The notes beneath the pieces were generated by a model that was not told the origin of the DNA, did no database searches, and saw nothing but the letters and a program-made list of their open reading frames with translations. A program made the translations under genes and the position numbers. A DNA stretch of 64,000 nucleotides from Patescibacteria group bacterium UBA5147 (lineage in GTDB: Bacteria; Patescibacteriota; Saccharimonadia; UBA4664): the NCBI GenBank assembly GCA_002415345.1, contig DHXV01000002.1:76155-140154 (forward strand), given 5' to 3'. Each line of letters starts with the position of its first letter. Position 1 is the first letter of the stretch. Shown here in pieces: positions 42,957-51,013 of the stretch.

Positions 42957-43217
42957 ATGGGCAACTGGGATGGATACGGGATGATGTACGGCAATCAGTG
43001 GGGCGGTCTGTTTTCGTTTATTTTTATGATCCTAATTCTTGCGGCTATCGGGGTTGGCGCGGCGGTTTTACTGCGTCGTTTGCCCCAAGGAACCGCCCAG
43101 GGTGGGAGGACCGAGATGAGCGCCTTGGATGTGCTCAATCAGCGTTATGCCAAGGGAGAGATTACTCAGGAAGAGTATCGCAATATCAAGAAGGAAATCG
43201 CTCAAGGCGACAAATAA
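42957..43217 (+). CDS. SHOCT-domain membrane protein
   Basis: Start at internal ATG 42957; one TM; C-terminal LDVLNQRYAKGEITQEEYRNIKKEI is a typical SHOCT motif. Confidence 0.5.
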   Translation: MGNWDGYGMMYGNQWGGLFSFIFMILILAAIGVGAAVLLRRLPQGTAQGGRTEMSALDVLNQRYAKGEITQEEYRNIKKEIAQGDK

Positions 43218-43343
43218 CTAATCTCGATTTTAGACAAAGAAGAAGCCCCACTCATAAATGAGGGGGCTCTTTTTGGATCGGACGGAATGTCCTACCGTGA
43301 GGGGCCGCCGAAGTGACGACCCCTCACGGGTGAGGGTAATGGT

Positions 43344-44777
43344 CTAGTTGACCGTGATGTTCACCAAGTTGTTGGTGAGCAGCGGAGCAGTACGGGCAGC
43401 GTCACGGAAAGCCGTGAATCTGACAATCACTGTCGATCCGGCACTGATGGTGCCAGACTTGATGATAGTCACCTGACCGTTGACCAAATCCTGCGTCTGA
43501 GTCACTACTCCGTTGATACTGACGGACCCGCGGTAGAACCGTGGGCTGCCAGCCGGGGCAGTGATGGTAGCAGAAGATGTCTTGGCGGTGCAGTTGCATG
43601 AAACCGTGAACGAGGCGACGGCCCAGGCTGGGCAGACGATCTCGAACGGTGTGGCAACTACGACGGTGGCCGTGGTGCAAGCTCCACCGAGCACGGTGCC
43701 GGTGTAGCAATATGACGACGAGGTAATGATCTTGCCGTCAGTGAGACGCGCGACCGCGGAACCGGTGGTTCCGGGCTTCGCGCTCAGCGTTGCAACCACG
43801 ACCGTTCCGACCTTCTCGGTCCACTTGATGGCCTGCGTTCCCGAAGGGTTCGCAAACTTGAAAGTGACCGTGGACAGGCCGTTACAGTCGGTGTCACACA
43901 CTGAGGTGATGGACGGACGACCGGCCAGCTTGTTGTACGAATAGTACGCGACCGCACTTTCGGTGTAGCCGCCACTCAACGTACGTTGGTGACCTGCCGA
44001 GGAAATGCTGATCCCCGCCGTCGCGGACGACGGTGAGGTGAGCACTGCTTTGAAGGTGGCAGCTCCGGTGTTGGTGCGCTGGTTCGTGAACACTACTCCG
44101 GTTGACCGGGTGGTGCCCTTGGATCCTGCAACACCGTTGACCGTGAGAATCTTGGCGCCGGTAGCCGTCAGGGTGACGGTGCGGCCGACGGCAGGTTTGC
44201 CGTTGCTGCCCAGAACCTTGACTGCTCCGCTACCAATCTGACCGGGCAGCACCTGGGAGGTGCTTTCGCTCATCTTGTAGGGGGCGTGCTGTGTGGCGTC
44301 GGCCAGCATGGCGTTGACGGCGTTGTAACGCGCCGCCGTAATGACACCGTGCGACCGGGCCCAGCTGTACCACGTGTTGAACGCGGCATCGTGCTGACGC
44401 ACCCAAATTGCAAGGGAAGCATTGGCGGCTGTCTCAGGTGACGTCGTGGCCGCGTACTTGTTGGCAATGAACTTAGCCTGTTTGGATTCTTCGGCGTTCA
44501 TTCCCGGAACTAGAGCGGATGCGGAGAGGACGGTCGTACCGGCTCGGTTCGGCATTGCCTTACCGAAGTCGATACAGAATCCTCTCTTGCCGTTGTTCCA
44601 GGTAGTTGCCGACACGGTTGCCCAGTGGCCGGGGCCACCTTTGAAGCTGAGGCCCACGGCGCGGGTTGCCGTGAGGTAGGTGGCAGCCGTCGCAGTGACC
44701 GTGGTCGTTCCAATGGAGAGGCTGAGCAACAGTGCGCTCAGAAGGACGATGAAGAGCTTTCTGACAAAGCTGAACAT
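43344..44777 (-). CDS. Secreted Thr/Ser/Gly-rich surface protein with Ig-like beta-sandwich repeats (hypothetical)
   Basis: 477 aa; signal peptide LFIVLLSALLLSLSIG; AGGGAG RBS; repeated beta-strand-rich low-complexity T/S/G/V/A composition; several Cys pairs. Confidence 0.4.
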   Translation of the reverse strand: MFSFVRKLFIVLLSALLLSLSIGTTTVTATAATYLTATRAVGLSFKGGPGHWATVSATTWNNGKRGFCIDFGKAMPNRAGTTVLSASALVPGMNAEESKQAKFIANKYAATTSPETAANASLAIWVRQHDAAFNTWYSWARSHGVITAARYNAVNAMLADATQHAPYKMSESTSQVLPGQIGSGAVKVLGSNGKPAVGRTVTLTATGAKILTVNGVAGSKGTTRSTGVVFTNQRTNTGAATFKAVLTSPSSATAGISISSAGHQRTLSGGYTESAVAYYSYNKLAGRPSITSVCDTDCNGLSTVTFKFANPSGTQAIKWTEKVGTVVVATLSAKPGTTGSAVARLTDGKIITSSSYCYTGTVLGGACTTATVVVATPFEIVCPAWAVASFTVSCNCTAKTSSATITAPAGSPRFYRGSVSINGVVTQTQDLVNGQVTIIKSGTISAGSTVIVRFTAFRDAARTAPLLTNNLVNITVN

Positions 44778-45060
44778 TTGAACTCCCTGATTGTAAACGC
44801 ATATGCTCTATGCCAGTCGGCAACGAACACTTGGACTTCCGCACCTGCATAGACAGTCAAACTGTTGACAATATGACGTATCGAGTGCGCAGTATGTTGG
44901 ACAGGTAATATAGTAAACTAGTTATGCTAAAAAGTCAATGGTTTTCTCGCATCGCATTCACTACCCCAGGGGCAGAGTGGTGTGAAATTTGTGAATAAAA
45001 CCATTACAAAAGCAAAAACCATAGCCTAACTTTTAGGTATGCAGGTAACAGGGGGCAGCC

Positions 45061-45951
45061 ATGAAATTTCAAGATCGTACTCAGGCAGGCCAGCTATTAG
45101 CCAGGTCGCTGGCGCGTTATAAGGGGCGGGATGTAGTGGTTTATGCGTTACCGCGGGGAGGAGTATTGGTTGCCGCCGAAGTAGCAGCATATCTTAAAGC
45201 ACCCTTGGAATTAATCATTGCCCGTAAAATCGGCCATCCGATGTCCCCGGAATATGCCATCGGTGCGGTTACCGAAACCGGCCACCCCGTTTGGAACGAA
45301 TCCGAGCTTGGCTTCACCGAGCCGGGATGGCGCCTCAGTAAAATTGCATTAGCCCGTCAGGAGGCCAAGCGCCGGCGCATCAAGTATCAGGGCGATCGAG
45401 GACCAGCCGATCCTCAAGGGAAAGTCGCGGTTATCGTCGATGACGGCATCGCCACCGGCCTTACTATGGTAGCGGCCGTCAAAGACGTGTTGAAACAACG
45501 CCCGAAGGCGGTCGTCGTCGCCGTGCCGGTAGCGGCCGAATCCGCCCTGGATCAACTGGTTCCATTCATCGATGAGCTAGTAGCCCTTAACGTTCTAAGC
45601 GGCTATTTCGGCTCAGTGGGCGAGTATTTCGATAACTTTCCTCAAGTTGATGATGAGGAAGTACGCGTCTGCATTGAGGCCTACAGAACAGTTGCCGATA
45701 ATACGCTGGACCTGAGCGCTTTGAACTCGGTCCTCGCCACCGTAAAACAATATCCTGCGACCAGTGGTGACTTGGCCGCCAGAGCCAAACGCTTGCATTC
45801 GCCCGCAAGCGTGGTGAATTTCTTTGAATCCATCCCCAACGACGTTGAATTCACGGATCAGGCCGACGTGATGCGGCGCTCGGAAATTGCTGAATTGATC
45901 ATGGAAGAGGAGACTGTGCAACCGGATGAATCCCTGCGGAGTTATGACTAA
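45061..45951 (+). CDS. Phosphoribosyltransferase-family protein
   Basis: 296 aa; PRPP-binding motif VAVIVDDGIATGLTM. Confidence 0.6.
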   Translation: MKFQDRTQAGQLLARSLARYKGRDVVVYALPRGGVLVAAEVAAYLKAPLELIIARKIGHPMSPEYAIGAVTETGHPVWNESELGFTEPGWRLSKIALARQEAKRRRIKYQGDRGPADPQGKVAVIVDDGIATGLTMVAAVKDVLKQRPKAVVVAVPVAAESALDQLVPFIDELVALNVLSGYFGSVGEYFDNFPQVDDEEVRVCIEAYRTVADNTLDLSALNSVLATVKQYPATSGDLAARAKRLHSPASVVNFFESIPNDVEFTDQADVMRRSEIAELIMEEETVQPDESLRSYD

Positions 45952-45977
45952 GTCAATGCGGTGTAATTATTAAAGCT

Positions 45978-46009
45978 TAGGGCCCCCTGAATTAGTACAG
46001 GGGGCCCTA
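45978..46009 (+). terminator. Bidirectional hairpin terminator between convergent genes
   Basis: TAGGGCCCCCTG-aattagta-CAGGGGGCCCTA; perfect 12-bp stem. Confidence 0.6.
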
Positions 46010-46036
46010 TAGGGTATTTATCATGGTGGCCCCGTC

Positions 46037-46294
46037 TCACTTGAGGACATAGATCATGTGCTTATGGAAGTTGGTTTCCATCTGGAGCACGGGCACGCCA
46101 CGATATCGCGGTGGGTGGTGAGGGTCCTTGCATGGGTTGACCGTACGCCCGCGCCGGCTGACCAGCCGGTTCCGTTTGCCGCCGGGATTTGCCATTGCGG
46201 CCGCATTGCCGGCCGATCTGGTGCTGCTGGGGGGCTTTTTTGCGGTCGGCTTGGGCCCGCCCTGCTTGTTCTTACCTTTGGCCATTTCGTTCAC
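46037..46294 (-). CDS. Small highly basic protein (hypothetical)
   Basis: 85 aa; Lys/Arg/Gly/Pro-rich; start could be Met1 or Met4. Confidence 0.3.
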   Translation of the reverse strand: MNEMAKGKNKQGGPKPTAKKPPSSTRSAGNAAAMANPGGKRNRLVSRRGRTVNPCKDPHHPPRYRGVPVLQMETNFHKHMIYVLK

Positions 46295-46424
46295 CTCTTT
46301 CGAAGGTGGTAGGATGTGTCAAACCAGAGCCTGGATCGGCTCTGCCGACATTCTAGCATTTTTTCGGATGCATAAGCTTAATTAAGTCACTGCCGAGACT
46401 GCAAAAGGTATATACTGAGGTCAC

Positions 46425-47084
46425 ATGAAGTTACCTCAACCCAAACCAGATCAAGAAACATCAGCGACTGCTAGTTTGCGAGTTGCCACAGCCATAACGG
46501 TCGGGGTTGTCGGCGGGCTGATGGTCGGTTTTTTTGGAGCCTGGAAATATGCGCCTCTGGCCGTTTGGGACTTGGCCGCAATTACTTTTCTGGTTTGGAT
46601 ATGGGCCGCGTTGTACGGGCGCGACGCCCAACAAACGGCCAATCTGGCGGTACGGGAAGATCCGGGCCGCGGGGCCACCGATTTGCTGCTGGTGCTGGCC
46701 AGCGTGGCTAGTTTAGCAGCCGTCGGCGTTCTGCTGGCTCAGACTAAAAATTCGTCCGGAATAACCGAGATTCTTCAAATCGGGCTGGGAATCGCCAGCG
46801 TGGTAGCGTCGTGGGCCGTGGTCCATACGGTCTTCGCGCTGCGTTACGCCAGGATATATTACAGCAAGCATGGCGGTATAGACTTCAACAGTGACCAGCC
46901 GCCTCAATATTCCGATTTCGCCTACCTGGCGTTTACCATTGGCATGACTTTTCAAGTGTCTGACACGGCCTTCAGCACCCCGGAACTGCGGCATATTGCG
47001 CTACGCCAAGCGTTACTGTCATACCTGTTCGGCACGGTAATCGTGGCAACCACCATCAATTTGATTGCCGGACTTGGCAAATGA
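46425..47084 (+). CDS. Integral membrane protein (4-5 TM, hypothetical)
   Basis: 219 aa; multiple hydrophobic helices; no catalytic motif seen. Confidence 0.4.
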   Translation: MKLPQPKPDQETSATASLRVATAITVGVVGGLMVGFFGAWKYAPLAVWDLAAITFLVWIWAALYGRDAQQTANLAVREDPGRGATDLLLVLASVASLAAVGVLLAQTKNSSGITEILQIGLGIASVVASWAVVHTVFALRYARIYYSKHGGIDFNSDQPPQYSDFAYLAFTIGMTFQVSDTAFSTPELRHIALRQALLSYLFGTVIVATTINLIAGLGK

Positions 47085-47353
47085 TCAACAAAGTCTTTAT
47101 CGCCGGATTAGATTTTGGCATCGACGACGCCGCCCTGCTGGATTTATTCTCGGCCTGCGGTGAAGTGCTGAGCGCTCGCGTTGCCTTGGACCGGGAGACC
47201 GGCCAATCACGCGGCTTTGGCTTCGTGGAAATGGCCAGCGACGAGGAGGCCGAGGAAGCCATTCGCGCTTTGGACGGCAAGAATCTGGCCGGTCGTACTC
47301 TCGTAGTGAACTTAGCTAAGTCTACTGGTGGCGGCCGGGGCGGCCGGTCTTAG
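47081..47353 (+). CDS. RRM-domain RNA-binding protein with Gly/Arg-rich tail
   Basis: 90 aa; RNP-2 KVFIAGL and RNP-1 RGFGFVEM; C-terminal GGGRGGRS; the ATGA overlaps the upstream stop. Confidence 0.75.
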   Translation: MINKVFIAGLDFGIDDAALLDLFSACGEVLSARVALDRETGQSRGFGFVEMASDEEAEEAIRALDGKNLAGRTLVVNLAKSTGGGRGGRS

Positions 47354-47595
47354 GCGCGCAGGATCGCACTAATGGTTCCTCCAAAATTGCGAGATAATTA
47401 ATATTAAGCATATTTAGGTAAATTCATCGAATTTATTGACTAAGATGTATAAATATTGTAATCTTTTACCCATGTTGCCAAGTTAACAGATAAAGTTGGC
47501 TGGCACGCAGCTTCACATCATAAGTCCAAAAACAATCTCGGATGATGATGCATGTCATCCGATTCCTGTCCATTCCCCAAGATTGAGGGAGCATC

Positions 47596-49065
47596 ATGTC
47601 AAGTACACGGATCCAAATTGCGCCAGCTTCGCGTGATGCCACCCGTGGCAATATGCGCGTTCCGGCTGGTCTGTTTCATGCCTTCGCTCATCTTCTCCAT
47701 AAATGGCGGCCCGTAGTCTTTATCATTCTTTTTCTCGGAATTGTCGTGGCACCGTTCTACGTTGTCACGCAAGCCTTAGAGAGTGGTGACGGCTGTTCCG
47801 CGGTCAGCGCAACGCCAAAACGTGACGCTGAGGCAACCGTTTCAAAACCTGGCCCTCTTCCGAGTGTCGGATTCGAAAGCTATCCCGGTAATCCTAACCA
47901 GGTATTGGCAAAGTCTCGCTGCGTCTTCGACTCCAACCTGGAGCGCGTGGGCGTGGCTCAGTCAACCGCGCTGTCCAGTTCGGAGAGTGCCATCAATGAC
48001 TTTGCAGCCAGCAAGATGGGAAGCCTATCGGTTTTTTCGTTCCTGCTTTTCATCTTCGCAGCTGTTTCCTGTCTCTATTACTGGGTCAACCGGAAAGGTT
48101 CGCCTGATCGGAAGAAGGCGAGTAGTGATGATCTGTCCATGCGCGGCCGGCTCTTTGTCGGACCTGTCGCCTGGTTGATTATGGGGCTTTCGTTGCTCTA
48201 TTCGCAGAATGCCCTTGTCCTGCTGAACGCTCCGAGCCACGGCATAGTAGCCCTTAGCAGTGTGGGTTCCCTGTCGAACGACAACCTGTCCAACTACACC
48301 TACCGCACAGCAGAGCTGAACCCTTTTGGTAGCGTGATGTACGGCTACGACCGTCAGTCCGAGTTCAAAGCCTCCGCCCCACATATCGATGCCTACCTCA
48401 GTGGGAGGCCGGTGAGTCAGGTGGAGTATAAGAATTATGCCGCGCTCTATAACCAGCGGGTCATAGCCGACGATAAGGTCGGATCCATGCAGAACACCGC
48501 CAAAGCGGTCGAACGCTTTGGAACCAGCCTGAACACCACTTCAGGAATCTTGGCTCAGGCCGTGAATATCCTGCGGTCGGCTTTTTTGGCGATTTTTGTA
48601 GGCAGCTTCTTTATCTTGGTTGCCCTGTGCGCGGTCCGACCCGTGAGAGCCAGGCGTTACTTCAAGCGCTGGTTCTTTGCCAACGCGGCACCGTTTGGCC
48701 TGCTAATTCTCAGTCTCATTGTCCTGTTGGGCGTCAACTGGGGAGGCATCTACGCGGTATCCTTTGCTACAGCCCCCGAAATGTGGGGAGTGGTGTGGGG
48801 TTGGACGTTAGCCGCCTACATAGTTCAAGTGATCGGGTATCTCGTGCCTTGGTTGCTGGTCTATTCGGTTTACCGGTACTACCGGCACACCTCCGGATGG
48901 ATGCTTCAGTCGATGGCCACATCCGACGACAGGTGGGTAATGGAAGTAGGCAACCGGCTCGTTGCGGCGCGCGAACAGCGTGCCATCACGGGCAGACTGC
49001 TTCTCAAAATCCCATATTTCCGCCGTAGGCAACTTACCGCCGCTCGGGTTGGTGGCACACCATGA
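47596..49065 (+). CDS. Polytopic membrane protein (hypothetical) preceding the tandem hydrolase genes
   Basis: 489 aa; at least 7 hydrophobic helices; it ends ...GGTP with TGA overlapping the next ATG, the same junction as the next gene. Confidence 0.45.
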   Translation: MSSTRIQIAPASRDATRGNMRVPAGLFHAFAHLLHKWRPVVFIILFLGIVVAPFYVVTQALESGDGCSAVSATPKRDAEATVSKPGPLPSVGFESYPGNPNQVLAKSRCVFDSNLERVGVAQSTALSSSESAINDFAASKMGSLSVFSFLLFIFAAVSCLYYWVNRKGSPDRKKASSDDLSMRGRLFVGPVAWLIMGLSLLYSQNALVLLNAPSHGIVALSSVGSLSNDNLSNYTYRTAELNPFGSVMYGYDRQSEFKASAPHIDAYLSGRPVSQVEYKNYAALYNQRVIADDKVGSMQNTAKAVERFGTSLNTTSGILAQAVNILRSAFLAIFVGSFFILVALCAVRPVRARRYFKRWFFANAAPFGLLILSLIVLLGVNWGGIYAVSFATAPEMWGVVWGWTLAAYIVQVIGYLVPWLLVYSVYRYYRHTSGWMLQSMATSDDRWVMEVGNRLVAAREQRAITGRLLLKIPYFRRRQLTAARVGGTP

Positions 49066-49291
49066 CCACGACGACTGCCGCACCTCAAGATACGGTGCGG
49101 CAGTCGGGCCAGAGTGGAACCGGAAGCAAAGGTAATCTTTTCGTTGCCGCTGCTTTGCTACTGGCTCTGGCCTTTCTCACGGGGCTGAACCCTGCTAATG
49201 CCCGTGCTGCAACATGGGACGCGGTTCAGTCCATCGCCAAACTCGACGGCAGCGGTCTATCCAAGACCATTGTCAAGGCGGGGGACAAGGC
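49051..49291 (+). repeat. Direct repeat copy 1 (241 bp) spanning gene junction plus N-terminal module
   Basis: Identical to 49806..50046 except one substitution (A 49113 vs G 49868). Confidence 0.85.
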
Positions 49292-49820
49292 TAAGAGCCA
49301 GGCAGAGAGCAAAGGGCTCGTGAACCCCGTTACCAAGGCCGGATACCGGTATGTGGCGATGGATAGTTCATGGGTTGGTAGCTTACCTAACGGGTGCGCG
49401 AACAAAGCTCATCCCTACATCGGCATGATGAATAATTCAGCCAAACAGGCTGACGTCGATGTCCGGCTCGTTGGGTCACTAACTTGCCACGAGTCCGGTT
49501 TTTCTCCAACCGTCTGTTCAGGCGCTGGGGCCTGCGGACTCGATCAGTTAATGCCTGCAACAGCCCGAGGGCTCGGAGTAACAAACCGGAGCGACCCCCA
49601 ACAGTCCCTGAATGGTGGCGCACGCTACCTGAGGGGTCAGTTGGATCGATTCGGCAAATTATCCTTGGCTTTGGCTGCGTATAATGCCGGATCCAATGCA
49701 GTTCTCGGTTATGAGAAAGGTGTAAAGGTCCGCGGTGTCGGTGTTCCGCCCTACGGTGAGACGATCAGTTACGTCGCAAGGATCCAAAACACCTACCGGG
49801 CAACCGGTGGCACACCATGA
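49062..49820 (+). CDS. Membrane-anchored lytic transglycosylase (SLT domain)
   Basis: 252 aa; signal-anchor LFVAAALLLALAFLTGL; SLT motifs CHESGF (catalytic Glu), GLDQLMPATA, AYNAGSNAV. Confidence 0.65.
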   Translation: MTTTTAAPQDTVRQSGQSGTGSKGNLFVAAALLLALAFLTGLNPANARAATWDAVQSIAKLDGSGLSKTIVKAGDKAKSQAESKGLVNPVTKAGYRYVAMDSSWVGSLPNGCANKAHPYIGMMNNSAKQADVDVRLVGSLTCHESGFSPTVCSGAGACGLDQLMPATARGLGVTNRSDPQQSLNGGARYLRGQLDRFGKLSLALAAYNAGSNAVLGYEKGVKVRGVGVPPYGETISYVARIQNTYRATGGTP

Positions 49821-50046
49821 CCACGACGACTGCCGCACCTCAAGATACGGTGCGGCAGTCGGGCCAGGGTGGAACCGGAAGCAAAGGTAATCTTTTCGTT
49901 GCCGCTGCTTTGCTACTGGCTCTGGCCTTTCTCACGGGGCTGAACCCTGCTAATGCCCGTGCTGCAACATGGGACGCGGTTCAGTCCATCGCCAAACTCG
50001 ACGGCAGCGGTCTATCCAAGACCATTGTCAAGGCGGGGGACAAGGC
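49806..50046 (+). repeat. Direct repeat copy 2 (241 bp)
   Basis: See copy 1; both start with GGTGGCACACCATGACCACGACG. Confidence 0.85.
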
Positions 50047-50590
50047 CCAGCAGAAGGCGCAGTCCCAAGGTTTGGTTAACCCGTCAGACAATTCTGTTTC
50101 ACGCCGCGGACAAGCGTTAGTTGCCAGTGGGAGCGTAACAACCATCTCGATTGGCAAATGCAGGCCGCTACTCGATCTCAAGTCGGGTAAAATGTTCCCC
50201 CAGGCTATTACGTATCTGGAGAAACTGGCAAAAGCGGGTTTCACAGTTGAGATTAGTTGCATCTTTACCGGGCACACCTGGAACGTAGCGGGTACCAACC
50301 GAACCTCACTCCACTTCAAGGGGCAGGCGTTCGATATCACCCGCGTCAACGGTCAGCCGATCTGCGATGTCATGGTCGGTTCAGTCGACAGTCATCACGA
50401 CACACGTCACTGTTCAAAGCCGTCCGCTGCTAGCAAGAAACTCACTCACTGGCTCTTCGCCCAAGCTAACAGCCAACTTCCCTTTGAGGTTGGTGGGCCG
50501 TTTAGTACAGGGAGTCGTGACAAATCCAACGGTGGTCGGTTTTTCACCAACACCGGTCATCAGACCCATTTCCATTTCGGCTTCAAGTAG
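49817..50590 (+). CDS. Membrane-anchored peptidase M15-like peptidoglycan hydrolase
   Basis: 257 aa; first ~76 aa are nearly identical to the previous gene; C-terminal SLHFKGQAFDI (SxHxxGxAxD) and HQTHFHF (HxH) fit zinc D,D-peptidase M15. Confidence 0.55.
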   Translation: MTTTTAAPQDTVRQSGQGGTGSKGNLFVAAALLLALAFLTGLNPANARAATWDAVQSIAKLDGSGLSKTIVKAGDKAQQKAQSQGLVNPSDNSVSRRGQALVASGSVTTISIGKCRPLLDLKSGKMFPQAITYLEKLAKAGFTVEISCIFTGHTWNVAGTNRTSLHFKGQAFDITRVNGQPICDVMVGSVDSHHDTRHCSKPSAASKKLTHWLFAQANSQLPFEVGGPFSTGSRDKSNGGRFFTNTGHQTHFHFGFK

Positions 50591-50651
50591 ACTGACCCCA
50601 ATTTGCCAAGCGGAACTTGGCGGGGAGGTTCCTAGAATTAAGTTCGTTCCG

Positions 50652-50686
50652 TGGGCCCGCTCGATTTCGATCGAGCGGGCCCCTTT
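50652..50686 (+). terminator. Intrinsic terminator after the hydrolase pair
   Basis: GGGCCCGCTCGAT-ttcg-ATCGAGCGGGCCC followed by CTTTTCATTT. Confidence 0.8.
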
Positions 50687-50808
50687 TCATTTATTGCCTG
50701 GAAACTGCAAATATGATGAAACTATATATGAGATAATTTCGTTTCAAAAAGTTAATACTGTACTTAAAATCAAAAAATGATACTTAAAATAAAAATTCTT
50801 AGTAACTA

Positions 50809-50837
50809 TTGACAGTAGCTGACAACATGCCTAGAAT
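50809..50837 (+). promoter_or_regulatory. Strong sigma70-like promoter (TTGACA-17-TAGAAT) for the T4SS-like cluster
   Basis: Consensus -35 with a near-consensus -10, embedded in a very AT-rich upstream tract; ~175 nt leader to the ATG at 51014. Confidence 0.5.
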
Positions 50838-51013
50838 AGAGAAAATACAACGAGGTGGATTCTGGTCGAGTGCTGCCTCTCGAAAATTCATTTTTCGGAA
50901 GACAGGTTTCGACGAGACTGTCGGGGCTAAAGTTTCTTTGATCGAGATCTCTGTTCTTTGAATTTATGTGTCAGGAATACCGTACCCACCACACCCTCTG
51001 AAAGGGGGCCGCA

